From Psammoneis japonica (lineage: Eukaryota), in the NCBI GenBank assembly GCA_008632985.1, contig QPGO01000021.1:1-64000 (forward strand): a DNA stretch of 64,000 bases, written 5' to 3'. A program made the translations under genes and the position numbers. The notes beneath the pieces are model-generated. The model saw only the letters and a program-made list of their open reading frames with translations, did no database searches and was not told where the DNA came from. Below are positions 1-11,660 of the stretch, piece by piece. Position 1 is the first letter of the stretch. Every line of letters begins with the position of its first letter.

Positions 1-330
1 GCGACGAAGCATGCTGGGGTGTCACCACTGATGGCACAGAACAAACGCAAGAGACTCATGGCGGCTTGGTGCATTTGATGATTCAGCTGCATTGGCTTGC
101 CCTTCTGATGATTGTTGCCACAGCAGTTGCTTGGCGAGTGGTTCGCAAGCGCTGTCAAAAGAGGCGTCAGTGCTCCAGCATTGATGATTCAGTCGCAATG
201 CTTCCAGTGACGAAGGGAGAGAATTGTTGACAGAACAATTGATCGAGTGACAGAGCGAGAAACGAGGCAGGGCAACGGAAAGAGAAGAAGATGTATGTTG
301 GAACCACATTAGACGTTGCACATGTATGCT

Positions 331-412
331 CGAATCTCGATGACATGGTGACGCAACACGTTCCGAGACGAGCACAGCAATTCAAAAGCACGCACAGTAG
401 ATTCAAGTTTGA
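331..412 (+). pseudogene. Degraded duplicate of the thioredoxin 3' end and 3' flank
   Basis: cgaatctcgatgacatggtgacgcaacacgttccgagacgagca...caagtttga aligns to 3637-3719 (NLDDMVTQHVPRRA vs NLENMVMQHVPRRA). The stops TAA TAG read CAG CAA in the copy. Confidence 0.8.
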
Positions 413-497
413 CAAGAAGTACAGAGATTCACAAATGAACTGTTTTGGTCTTCTCCTCTCTGAAGTCCATGCGAATGTGATGTTTCATAGATCAGGA

Positions 498-2483
498 TTA
501 CAAATCCAGCGAAAAGACATAGGCCGAACCCGACGATGTCCCTTTGACATCACGAAGTCGTGCACCGACAGCAACAGCACCGCCGCTTGCGGACAGCGAA
601 ACAGACTCTCCAAACCGGTCACTCGACGTCTCTCCCGTCAAGGATGTGCCCACCTGTTTCCATTCCATTTCACCATGCTGAAAGATTCGGACCTGACCCG
701 TGTTAGTCAATCCATTGGCGTCGTGCCAGTGGCCTCCCGCCGCTGCGACACGTCCGTTTGCACTCAAAGACATGGACCAGCCAAACTCATCATCCACTTG
801 CAGAGTAGAAAGGGCTTGGCCTTGTTGTTCCCATGATTCAGAAGAGCCATCGTATTCGTACACAAAGACTCGTCCAATGGTCGTAAGATCCAAAAACTCG
901 CCGGGTGCACCCACGGCCATGACCAATCCGCTGTCATCCAGCGCCACCGAGTGTCCAAACCAACCACCGGCGATTAGACCATCAACAGCATCACCCATGG
1001 GTTCCCATGTGGACGTTTCCGAGCTACACTGAAACACAGAAGCCTGACCTCCGCTGATCGCACCGGAATCACTCTGACGTGCTCCAATCGCAAGCACTCC
1101 ACCAGAGCTGCTCAGCGACACAGACCAGCCAAAGGAATCGCTCGAAGCTTGTCCCAACAGTGTTTGACCAAGCTGTTGCCATGAGCCGTCCTTGTGTTGA
1201 AATGCTCGAACCGATCCCGAGTCATCGCCGTTGCTCGTGTCTTCCATGTGGGATCCTGCAGCGACAATGTTTCCTTCTCTATTCAGCGACACTGAAATGC
1301 CAGAGCATGCAAAAGCTTGAGAACCGTCAATGTCGCTGCCGAGTTGGATCCACTGATCCGTGAAGGAACCATGTTGAAGCACTCGGACGTGACCCGCATT
1401 GGATCCACCGCTGCTGTCGTTTTCATCTGCTCCAATGGCAACGACAGCACCATTTCCATTCAGCGCCACGGATTCGCCAAAGTCGTCACCCGCGGCGTCT
1501 CCCAGCAAATCTTGTCCCATGGGCATCCACAAGGGTGATGATTCATCTGCAAGTCGAAACACAGACACGTGCCCGCGTTTGGTGGAGGTTTGTGTGGCTC
1601 CCACAGCCATGACGCGGGCGTCGTCTCGTGACAGCACCGCGGGGAGACCAAAAATGTCGGGTGCACTGTTGCCGTGCAAGACTTGTCCCACCGAAATCCA
1701 CGTGCCATTTGGCAATGTTACAAAGGCGGTGGGAGATGGAGTGGGGGACAGAGTCGGCAGTCTTGTAGTTGGACTTGTCGTGGGACTCGTGGGATTTTTT
1801 GGCGATGGCTCTGGTGAGTTTCCGCCGCTGCCGCTGTTGTTTCTCATGGACAGTGCGATGGCTGCTGCCACCAGCACGGCAAGAACAACAACCAGAAACC
1901 CAATCACCGATGCAATCAGCCAAATCCGACGACTCTTTATCACTCTCTCTGCATCTTCCGACTCATCGTCATTGTTGACCACTTGAGCAACCTCTGCGTG
2001 AGCAATCGGAGCTGACTGACGAAACTCATCTGGCTCCGACCGCAAATGATCGATTTCTTGTTGCATGCTTCCCACGTCTCGTGGTGACTGTGCGACTTCA
2101 GCCTTGACCACCACAGCACTGTTCGTGTTGGGTGGCTTGACGGGAGGAAGGTGCTGCTCTTGGACAATTGTTGTGTTGTCCAACTCGGTGAAGACCGCAA
2201 TGCTGTCATGGTCACCAGCACGTGGAGTCACGCCTTGTGGATTGACTGCACATGCCCCGGCTGCGGTTGGCATGGCAATTGGTTCTGCCATGACATTTCC
2301 GATTCCTTCTTCCTCGTCATGTTGTTGAAAACGACAATGACCACGACGCTTCTCGTGCATTTCGGGAGCAAAATTTTCACAGGCAGCACGTGACACTGCC
2401 GATTCAGCAGACGAAATCATCACGGGAGAGAACGAAGCCACGGTAGAACGTACGGGAGGACTCAAGGAGACTTCATCCGACAT
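498..2483 (-). CDS. Type II membrane protein with FG-GAP/integrin-alpha-like beta-propeller repeats (possibly mutationally damaged)
   Basis: 661 aa ORF with a TM helix (IWLIASVIGFLVVVLAVLVAAAIAL), a Pro/Thr linker (PTTSPTT..PTPSPT) and about 7 repeats of FG-x-SV-x-L...AxGA...G.V.VF...W.Q.G. Only 3 Tyr. Confidence 0.75.
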   Translation of the reverse strand: MSDEVSLSPPVRSTVASFSPVMISSAESAVSRAACENFAPEMHEKRRGHCRFQQHDEEEGIGNVMAEPIAMPTAAGACAVNPQGVTPRAGDHDSIAVFTELDNTTIVQEQHLPPVKPPNTNSAVVVKAEVAQSPRDVGSMQQEIDHLRSEPDEFRQSAPIAHAEVAQVVNNDDESEDAERVIKSRRIWLIASVIGFLVVVLAVLVAAAIALSMRNNSGSGGNSPEPSPKNPTSPTTSPTTRLPTLSPTPSPTAFVTLPNGTWISVGQVLHGNSAPDIFGLPAVLSRDDARVMAVGATQTSTKRGHVSVFRLADESSPLWMPMGQDLLGDAAGDDFGESVALNGNGAVVAIGADENDSSGGSNAGHVRVLQHGSFTDQWIQLGSDIDGSQAFACSGISVSLNREGNIVAAGSHMEDTSNGDDSGSVRAFQHKDGSWQQLGQTLLGQASSDSFGWSVSLSSSGGVLAIGARQSDSGAISGGQASVFQCSSETSTWEPMGDAVDGLIAGGWFGHSVALDDSGLVMAVGAPGEFLDLTTIGRVFVYEYDGSSESWEQQGQALSTLQVDDEFGWSMSLSANGRVAAAGGHWHDANGLTNTGQVRIFQHGEMEWKQVGTSLTGETSSDRFGESVSLSASGGAVAVGARLRDVKGTSSGSAYVFSLDL

Positions 2484-2498
2484 TTCTTCAGATCCAGG

Positions 2499-2864
2499 TC
2501 ACCGGGAAGACCTTGTGCTCACGCCGAGCATTCCAAACTGACCGACACCGCCAATGTTTCGTCGACTGGCAGTTCTTGCCACTGCATTGCGGTGACTGAT
2601 GGCAGCATCTCTTGTTTCATATAATCTCTCTTCACTCTGCAAAATGCGCTCGGCGGCTGCATCGATGTTCCGTGTTTGTGGCTCATGTTGACCAGAGCAA
2701 ATCGCCTCCACTGAACGGCCCACATTTCCTCCATGTTGAGCAAGGATCGACTCAAATTCTGCCACTGGCATGTCCTCAAACAACTCCACGAGTTGCATCA
2801 GTTCATGGCTTGACGATGACGACATGATGCTGGAAGTCTCTCTTTGAATGAATGAGGGTATCAT
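2499..2864 (-). CDS. Small protein with a CUE-like ubiquitin-binding domain (may be a 5' exon of the adjacent gene)
   Basis: LMQLVELFEDMPVAEFESILAQHGGNVGRSVEAI resembles the CUE consensus. It ends only 15 bp before the FG-GAP ATG. Confidence 0.45.
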   Translation of the reverse strand: MIPSFIQRETSSIMSSSSSHELMQLVELFEDMPVAEFESILAQHGGNVGRSVEAICSGQHEPQTRNIDAAAERILQSEERLYETRDAAISHRNAVARTASRRNIGGVGQFGMLGVSTRSSR

Positions 2865-3140
2865 GCGGTACGACGGCTGATGGCTTCATCTATCCGCGAA
2901 CGCCTCGGTCGTGGATACGAAATTTCGAAACTGAAAAACAGCCAAAAAATGAGTCACCCTTTTGCTCGGACACCTTTTTCTATTATCATTCAGACTTTGT
3001 GAGACACACAAGCAAATTTTTACTTATGGAGCACAGAAACTGACACGTCACGTACATTGAACGAAACTAACGACACCACACAAAATCGCGTGCAGTCAAA
3101 TCAGGAGGTTCGCTTCTTTTCTTTTCGTCTCTCTCTGGCC

Positions 3141-3683
3141 ATGGCGGCGTGTTGTATTGGTGGCGTTTGCATCCCTTACAGTGCCATACTCCCATTATTG
3201 GCACTGGCATTGAAATGGCTCACCGCCAAATTGGCAGTGTTGGGAGTTTTACCCGATTCTGTAGTGGAGCGGTTTGGATTGCAACAACAACAAACTACCA
3301 CCAAGAGCTGCTGTCAAGAAAATGCCTCCCGTAGTATCAACACGACTAAAGCTCCAGATGTAAGAACAATCGAATCGACAGAGGAATGGAACGACTTGAT
3401 TCAAGATGAAAACAAAGTGATTGTCGTCAAGTTTACAGCATCCTGGTGCAAACCCTGCAAAGAAATTGCTCCCTACTTTTCTCAGCTCTCCTCTGGAGAC
3501 TTTGACGCGACCTTTTGTCAGGTTGATGTCGATGATCTAGACGAGGTAGCGGCGCAACACAAGGTGGCCATGATGCCCACCTTTTGTGTCATCAAGGGAA
3601 AGCAAGAACTAGCCACGAGTCGAGGAGCCAATCAAGCGAATCTCGAAAACATGGTGATGCAGCATGTTCCAAGACGAGCTTAA
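3141..3683 (+). CDS. Thioredoxin with N-terminal Cys-rich hydrophobic extension
   Basis: VVKFTASWCKPC active site, VDVDD and MPTF motifs. ATG at 3141 (MAACCIGGVCIP), TAA at 3681-3683. Confidence 0.9.
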   Translation: MAACCIGGVCIPYSAILPLLALALKWLTAKLAVLGVLPDSVVERFGLQQQQTTTKSCCQENASRSINTTKAPDVRTIESTEEWNDLIQDENKVIVVKFTASWCKPCKEIAPYFSQLSSGDFDATFCQVDVDDLDEVAAQHKVAMMPTFCVIKGKQELATSRGANQANLENMVMQHVPRRA

Positions 3684-3902
3684 TAGTTCAAAAAGTATGT
3701 ACAGTAGACTCAAGTTTGATTAGTGTAGAGCTTTATCAAAGGAATCTCTAGTCTTGTTGCTTTGCTTCAGCGTTACAACCAACTTGGACTTTCCACACGC
3801 CTCGAACCTGCTGGCCGTGACTGACTCACTCGATGCTGTGTAACGGAAGTAACGAGAATATCAATCCCTAGACTAAAAACAGGCAGGAGCAACAGTCATG
3901 TA

Positions 3903-4265
3903 TGGGGACATACCGAATGATTTTAGCCAGTGGCTAAAATCTTGTGTAGACACATACCAGGTTTGTACGCTAGTATATTTTCTACACAGAAAATATTTAC
4001 TATCCACTTTACTGAACCTATAAATGTCATATCTGTAACGGTTTGCTGCTAACTATAACGTTCGTTTTAATATAAAACCTTTAGCTTTAAGCCTCTAAAA
4101 ATAAATACAAAAACAAAAAACTACAAATAATAATATGTATATAAAAGAAAACAATGGGGTGGCGTTAAAAGGCGTTATCATTAAATAAATCGCATACCAG
4201 GAGAAATGCGCATAATTCTACAGGAGGTTTTTAGCCACTGGCTAAATTTATTCGGGATGTCCCCA
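3903..4265. mobile_element. MITE-like non-autonomous DNA transposon
   Basis: About 37-bp imperfect terminal inverted repeats (tggggacataccgaatgattttagccagtggctaaaa / ttttagccactggctaaatttattcgggatgtcccca), TA on both flanks, AT-rich non-coding interior. Confidence 0.75.
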
Positions 4266-4518
4266 TACTATTATACCTTATATCTGCTTTGATTCAAGAC
4301 GCCATGTTTGAATACCACGCGTCAGTAGAGATGCAACCATCGTCCGTGGCAATCGTGGCTCTGTGCGGGTTTCATGTCGGTCGTGGATCGGCATCACTCG
4401 GTGTCGGAGGGTTCAGAGAAACTAACCAAGTAGTAGTGACAATGGCAAATACTTCTATACGGTAGTTTATTATAGCTATTGTAGCAAAAATTGTTGTCGG
4501 CAAGTGACACACAAAACT

Positions 4519-5298
4519 CTATGCCGCTGTGACCCATGATTCCGGTTGCCACATGGACATGCGTTTTCGTGTCACGAGTGGGGATGGTGTCAAGCCAGAC
4601 TTGTTGGGATTATGATTGAGACAACGTCGCTTTTTGGTCGGTCTCAAGCAGTCCGAAGAGGTGATTCGTCGCTTGACACACACGACATCCATTTCTTCGT
4701 CACTACTAGAATCATATTCGTAGTGTTGATTCTCGCAAAGCATGGCTTCCATCTCACGGTATACATCGGCTTCTGACTTGGTGGCGTTTTCATCATGCAC
4801 AGCCTTGGAATCGTACAGTGCCGTCTTGTAGGCAACTTGTGTGGCCCATGTCGATGAGTCACGTGCGACAAGAGCAATTTCCTTGGGAGAGCATCCATCC
4901 TCTTGAGCTTGCAACACATTCTGTACGGCTCGATCCTTGAGTCGTTGACGTGTCGACGACATGCGACGTTCCAATCCACGCATGGAATGATCCTCGTCTT
5001 CGAGAGAGAGCGGTTCGAGTCCCAGCTTTTCACGATACTGATTGTCCATGTAGTGTCGTGATAGGCTTGAGATGGAAGCTCGAAAGTCTTGATAATCCTT
5101 CTTGCCGTACCAACGATTGCGTTTTTCCTCTGCCGACAGGGTGGAACACGGTTTGTTCACAATCAGCGCTGATGTGCCCACAACGCTCGCTTCACCAAAC
5201 GACACGAGACGTGTCCTCCTCTTGTTGACTGGAGATGTCGTCATGGTGGTGGGTGATTTTACGTAGTTGTTGTTGTTGTTGTGGTCTAGTTGACACAT
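4519..5298 (-). CDS. Diatom-type protein of unknown function (V-x-F...WY...RGLE family), paralog 1
   Basis: Motifs RLVSF, RWYGKKDYQDF, RGLERRMS and C-terminal WQPESWV. Clearly similar to 6584-7321. Confidence 0.75.
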   Translation of the reverse strand: MCQLDHNNNNNYVKSPTTMTTSPVNKRRTRLVSFGEASVVGTSALIVNKPCSTLSAEEKRNRWYGKKDYQDFRASISSLSRHYMDNQYREKLGLEPLSLEDEDHSMRGLERRMSSTRQRLKDRAVQNVLQAQEDGCSPKEIALVARDSSTWATQVAYKTALYDSKAVHDENATKSEADVYREMEAMLCENQHYEYDSSSDEEMDVVCVKRRITSSDCLRPTKKRRCLNHNPNKSGLTPSPLVTRKRMSMWQPESWVTAA

Positions 5299-6583
5299 TC
5301 TCCTTCCTTTGTTTCACTCGAATGTGAATTTGCAGTTGAAATGATCGCCACCGCGTGTGTGTGTTCGGAATGTATTTTTTTGACATTCCTTCTCATCCGT
5401 TTGTTTGCGCCAAGTAGGATTTCTACGGACTTCCTACGCAGTCTTGTGGCACTTGACAGAGAACGCGCATTCAAAATTAGAGGCTTTCTACAGATTTGTA
5501 TATATAATTATTGCAGACATCAACGTCACTTTGCCGCCACCGTCACGCTACTCGATTAGGTTTGTATACGTAGAAGGATATATTTTTATTATTCATTTCT
5601 GCGATACTGCTTCCAGCAGTATGACACATCGGAGTGGCAGCGATCTTTCCGTTGATGTTTGAATGTGTCTACCCTACGTGCCCCTCAGTAGGTCCCGTAT
5701 ATACAAATAATTTTTCAAAATCGCGAATACGCATCCCAACGCACTCTCTCATTTTTCACGAATTTTTGTTCGCGGAATGAATCAATCACGAATGGTCGCG
5801 CATTCACCATGACGTGGTTTGATGAGCAATCATACACACACACAAGCGACTGTGAAGATATTCATGCAGCATCAAAAATCAGAGTAGCGTGGCAAATGAG
5901 AGTGATACTCTCTTGCTAGACTGTGCACCGCTCTGCGAAACGGAGAATTCAGACGTTTGTCGCTTGTCGCTCGACTGAGAATGACGAGAACTCAAAAAAG
6001 GAATGGATAGCGTTCATCTTGTTGTAGAATGCAAATAAAATAAAACTCTTTTTTCCGTATTGCTTGTTTTACAGGAATAGAATCATGCTAAGCTAAGTCC
6101 CGATTCTTTGGTGATGGACAAAAACATGCTGCAAACCCACACCGCTTGTCAAAATCACGTCAAGGATGATTCACGATTAGATCAACAAGGCACCTTATGC
6201 TGCATAGAACTACCACAGCATTACACAGGCTATCAACACTCTAGTCAATACTTGCCTTGGCTTTGGTATTCGAAAAGGCGAAAAAGACAAAAAGACGAAG
6301 GATAGAAGAAACCATTCGCAATATGATTATCAATGGCTAGAAGCGATGTCAAAACTGGAAAAGAAGAAAATGACCTCACGGTTCCGTCCAAGTAGAGTAT
6401 GCGCAAGCAGTATTCCTTGTACTTTTGATACTCAGACAATTCGAGCCCTAGTCTCTTCTAAGTGATCGATATTATGGAATAAAAAGTAACATGATGACGT
6501 CTCAAAATCGAAAGTTCTATTGATAGGTTATGGTATGCTCTAGAAAAGTTCTTGATATAGCACGCGGGGATAGTATAGACGAG

Positions 6584-7321
6584 TCATGCAGCAACCCACG
6601 ATTCGGGTGTCCACATGGGAACTCGCCGACGACGGCAGGCCACAGGAGCATGAATCGATGCCTTGGGGTGAGGTCGTCGCTTCCGTGGAGGTTCCTCTTC
6701 CTCTTCTTGAACGGGTCGTGTGCGTTTCTTTCGAGTCAAAAAGGATGGAGAAACACATCGTTCTTCTGGTACATTCTCCTTTTCGTCCTTGTAGTCGTCA
6801 TCATCATCGTGGAAGTAGTGTTCTTCATGAAGCAACCTTTCCAACGCCGTTGCATCGTCGTCGTAGTCTTGATTCAAATGAGCCGCGTTGTAATCGTTGG
6901 TAGCCGCTTCAAGAGCAACAACAGTGGCCCAAGCATTGGCTTCTTGTGCAATCATGGCGATATACTGAGCGGTGCGTCCGTCTTGTTGGGCCGTCAGCAC
7001 GTCCCGGATCCCAATCGATCGGAGTCGGAGACGCGTGGTCGAGATCCGCCGTTCCAAACCACGTAGACAAAAATCAGGAGAAAGAGACTTGGGATTGCAT
7101 CGGGCTTGAAGAGACATCGCATTGACAGTATCCTTGAACTGACGGTAGTCAGACTTTTGATACCACAATCGTTGACGTTCCTCTGCCGAGAAATCGCAAG
7201 TAGTCCGTGCATCAGGCGCAACGTGGACATTCGCATCAAAGGTCACGCGGCGGCGGTTTCTTGCCTTTTCCGCGTTGCGCTTTCCCATCATTGAAGAAGG
7301 TGTATCTCGAGGACAGCACAT
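6584..7321 (-). CDS. Diatom-type protein of unknown function (RGLE family), paralog 2
   Basis: RRVTFDANV, LWYQKSDYRQF, RGLERRIS and C-terminal WTPESWV. ATG at 7321 (MCCPRD) chosen by alignment with paralog 1. Confidence 0.75.
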   Translation of the reverse strand: MCCPRDTPSSMMGKRNAEKARNRRRVTFDANVHVAPDARTTCDFSAEERQRLWYQKSDYRQFKDTVNAMSLQARCNPKSLSPDFCLRGLERRISTTRLRLRSIGIRDVLTAQQDGRTAQYIAMIAQEANAWATVVALEAATNDYNAAHLNQDYDDDATALERLLHEEHYFHDDDDDYKDEKENVPEERCVSPSFLTRKKRTRPVQEEEEEPPRKRRPHPKASIHAPVACRRRRVPMWTPESWVAA

Positions 7322-7854
7322 GGTGAAGAGGGGCAGTGATACCTTGGCCGTGTTGTAACTCTCTTGCCTCGTTTCAAACGGCTCGTGCCTGTTGGTCTTG
7401 GTGTGATCACTTCTCACGCGAGAGCTTGTGTGTGGCGTCTTTTTTCGATGGCCGGTTTTTGTCGTTTTTTCGATCACCAAGTAGAAATCTACACAAGGTA
7501 CTACTCCTACGTACATTGCACGGCACTGTGTACCGCGGGGAATGACATTTTGTTTCAATTTGATTGGCGCACGCCAGAATGTCCGAGCACCCAGAATGTC
7601 CGAACGTTTTCGAAAACAGGATCGCAAATCGTTTTGCCGTAGAATTCTACGTGCTGAATGGTAACGAACACATCTGTTTCGCGCCATTTTTTAAATAGGG
7701 GTGTCAACCATTCGTCAAATAATAAAGGAAGTCACGATTGTTTAGACATACATCATTATAATAATGATAGATATTTGCATACGTATATCCATAACTTATA
7801 GTACATCAATAATATATGAAATAAATAATGAACCAACTTTATGATAAACATAGT

Positions 7855-10560
7855 GTCGCAGCAGGTTGAAGGTGCTCATGCGCGCGCCAAAAAAGATGAC
7901 CTCACTCGTTCAACACTCGCCAAAAGCTGACAGTTCGCATTTTGCGTTGATCGCACACATTGTGCTGTAACAAGCCGTGGAAGGGCTTGCTGTGCCACAT
8001 TCCCCACCTTGCATGTAAAATGCAAGGTGTTTGCTGCAGGGCCCCATGAGGCTGCACCATTGCTTCTTTGTTTCTTAGTGAAAGAACACTGAAAAAGTTC
8101 TTGAGGAAAGAACACATGAGAGCTTGGTGAGAGACAAGACAAGAGCACTTGAAAAAAGAAAAAAAAAGAACTGCTTTTGGCCCAGATTTGAGACAAATTG
8201 GGTTGCCCCTGCATTGTCAACTTGAGCTGCAGGAGTGCTGGGGTTGTGTGAAGTGCAGTGTGGCAAGCTCCTCCAAAACACACACAAAGTTGCAACAGGA
8301 GCGCGCAAAGTGCTCAAAAATCACGGGAGCCAACCAAAAGCGGTGGTGTTTGAGGTTGATGCAGCAAGAGCAGCAGTGCTGTGAGCCCTCAACCACACAA
8401 GGAGCATGCAGCAGGGGTGTGTGGGGGTCATGTGTCAATGGCTTTTCCAGCAGCACACAGCACGATGCGGCCACACAGCTCACTTTGTGTTGGCAGCTTT
8501 TTTTTCAGCCCGGAAAATGCAGGCGAAATTGTCCCCTCATGCCTTCTCTTGTGATGCTGGAAAAACATCACCTTTGTCAGAGTCAGGGGCAGAGACAGAC
8601 AGGGCTCTGTCACTGCCATCAAAGCATTGGATTGACGCAAATCTTTTCTCCAATGATGTTGATCACAACTTTGTGGACATTTTGGAAAAGCTCTGGATGG
8701 CTGCAGGGAGCTGGGGAACTCTGTGGCCATCACCTCCTTTTCTTGGGAGGCAAGTTTGCCAGCTCTCTCATCTTCTCTCTTTTTCAATGACCACAAGGCC
8801 CTCTTGCCACCAATCATTTGAGCCTTCTTCCTCTTTGCCATTGTGCCAAGACAGCAACAACATGGTGCACAAATTGTGCTTTGACCTGCCTGCATTGTTT
8901 GCGCAATTCTCTGCCTCAGTTTCATGGCCACACAACCCCTGCATGTTTTCTGTCTGAGCTCTGGTGCTGATGTCGCTTTTTCTGATGGTGTGATGATGGC
9001 TCTTGCCTGCCCTTTCCAACTGTGTTTTTTGTCAACATGCCTTCATTCTGTCATCACAAGTGCAATGCACAGCTGCCAACAAGAGCCAATGTATCACGGC
9101 AACGTGTTACAGCCTTTAAATGTCACAAAGGGCGTGACAAAAACAACCTTTTGTCTGCATGCATGCTGCACCATGAATTCACAGCGGAGTGGTTCATCGC
9201 AACCATCAGGCAGGAGGCCAGGGGTTCGAAACCCTGAGTGGGAGTTGTCTGCAGCAACGTTGATCACTGTCGAACGCGCAAAACTCTGTGCAGTTCTGCA
9301 CATTCCTTCGTGCGCACCCACACTGTTCTGCCAAAAACCGTGCAGTGTCAGCGCACGTTAGCAAAGAGCCGCATGGATGCGTGACACATGGGGAGGAGTG
9401 CAACACACAGCTGCTGATGAGAGTCAATGCATCACGGCGACGTGTCACAGCCTTTAAATGTCACAAAGGGCATGACAAAAACAACCTTTTGTCTGCATGC
9501 ACACTGCACAAGCAATCTCATGAATTTGAAAGTGACCAGCACTGACCTCTTTTGGCTCGCATGCTTGTCATTCTTGTCGGCAATTTTTTTCCTCGGATGC
9601 AAAGTTTTCACACAAGTTTCAGCACAAATTCTGCATGTTCTGAGAGTCCATTCTCTGTCCACACCTCTCAAGTGTCAGCGACTCCTCTTCGTCCATCCGT
9701 TGCCAATTTAAGTTCTCTGCTTTGATGTGGCAAACAATCTTCCATCATTGATGCTCCCAGAAGCCTGCATTTGCAATCAACTCAGCATGAGTTTGCCATT
9801 CTTTCATTTTCTGATAATTCCACACAAGTTTTGGTGCAAATTCCATGTGTCTTGAATGCATTTTTGGATGATCAACCCCTGCCGATCTGTCGGCTGTTTT
9901 CTGTTCACGCCTCTCAGGTGTGAACAAGAACTTCCCTCTCACCCACCGCCAATTTGAGTTCTCTGCTTCATGTGGTGAACAATCTTCCATCATTGCCACC
10001 TGCAGAACTTTGAATTCAAGACTGCTTCAGTGTGGATTGACCAGTTTTTCCTGTCCCTTTGTTCTTTCTTTGGTTGCTGCGCCCACACCACATTGCCTCT
10101 CTGTGTCGTCCTTGCAGCCAGATCTTGTCCCAAAAGTGGATGGCCCAATGGCAGCATCAAGTGCTTCAAATTTGATGTCTGGTTTTGTGGGTCCTGTTCT
10201 TGCTTCTGCCAGCCATTCCCGGCAGGCGCCACAGAGTTGTGGCATCATTTTTTGCCAATTGGGGCACTTTCCTGCCCCGAATTTTGTCAGTGTGCTGGGG
10301 GTGTGGGTCAGCTCATTGCCGGAGTTGCAGGGTAGAAGCATGGCAGCACTTTTTATTATAGAATTTTGGTTTTGTTTTGCCTGCATTGTTTGTTTGCCCT
10401 CTGAAGAGTCGCCGTCTTCTGACTCTTTCAAAAAGATTTTAAATGATCCTTTTCTATTGCACGCCACCACGCACATCGCGACGGGAGCCAAACAGACCTG
10501 GCCGTCTGCCGTCTGCATGCCAGCCGCCGCCGAGCTTCGAGCTTCGAGCCGAGCTTTTTG
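7855..10560. other. TpA- and CpG-depleted, TG/CA-rich degenerate repeat block
   Basis: Abrupt switch from TA-rich flank (7740-7850) to near TA-free sequence. Many overlapping Cys/His/Gln-rich, Tyr-poor ORFs and internal duplications. Confidence 0.75.
9061..9509 (+). repeat. About 110-bp direct repeat (9061-9171 and 9399-9509)
   Basis: Shared core cagcctttaaatgtcacaaagggc-r-tgacaaaaacaaccttttgtctgcatgca. Mismatches are almost all TA/CA, CG/CA or TG/CA swaps. Confidence 0.9.
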
Positions 10561-10770
10561 CGCGGTTTGACCATGAACCATGAACACAAGACTTGCCGGT
10601 GCCGCCGCTTTTGCTGTTTGCTGTCACCTGTCCTTGTTGTGCTGAACGTCTCTTGCTACTATCTTTGTATCTAAGTTGGCCGTGGAGTCATACAAGCTCT
10701 CTGAACAACGGCAAGTCGCGATCGATTTGCTTTACGGTTTTGTCTTTTGTAGATTTTGTAAAACTGTTGC

Positions 10771-11660
10771 ATGGGACGTGGTACCAAACGTAAAGTGAAA
10801 AAGAAAGAAATGTGGAGCTCCGGTGGATCAAAGCGCAAGAAGAAGGAATCGTCTAAGCTCAACACTAGTGCGATTGAAAAGCTCTTTGACGGGTTCGCCG
10901 ATCCAGACGATGACACCGTAGCATCCATGGAGGGTATCTCCAAATTGTGTGAAAAGCTAGAATTGGACCCACTGGAAGATGTGCGTGTGTTGGTGTTGTT
11001 GTGGAAATTGGGGGCGAACGAAAAGCCGGCGCAAATCAGTAAAAGTGAGGTAAGTGGCGATTCATTCTCTGTATGGGGACTGAAGCTGTGCCTCTAGTCA
11101 ACTTTGACTCACGTGTCTGCTTCGCTACTTGTCGTATCATAGTGGACTCAAGGATGCAAGAAGCTCGGTGTGGACTCTATCGCCAAGATGAAGGAGCTGA
11201 TACCATCCTTAGATCTTGGATTTCTCGATCACACTGAATTTAAGGACTTCTACAAGGTGAGTCAGCTACGAGTATTCGATGAAAGGAGAACAGCGTGGAG
11301 TGAAAATGCTCTGAACCTGAACTCACTCTTTTCGATCCTCTTCTCATGCTTTTCCTTTGTTAGTTTTGTTTTCAATTCAATCGACAGGGTACACATCGAA
11401 CCTTGGATGCCGATTTGGTGATTGCGCTTTGGCAATTGGTCTTGGATGAGCGCGTCCCTTCAGATCGTCTCTCGACCTTTTCCAAGTTTTTGGAAGAACA
11501 CAAGAACACATACAAGCTCATCACGTTGGATCAGTGGACGTCCTTTTTGGATTTTTGCATGGAATGTGAAGATTTGAGTTCTTATGATGAGGCTAGTTCA
11601 GCGTGGCCCGTCTTGATTGACGAGTATGTCGAGTACATGGAAGAGCAACAGCGTTCCTAG
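10771..11660 (+). CDS. DCN1-like neddylation co-E3 (PONY/cullin-binding domain, no UBA); 3 exons
   Basis: Exons 10771-11049, 11143-11256 and 11364-11660, joined by GT-AG introns. Motifs EGISKLCEKLELDP, FKDFYKFCFQF, ITLDQW and SAWPVLIDEYVEY. Confidence 0.9.
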
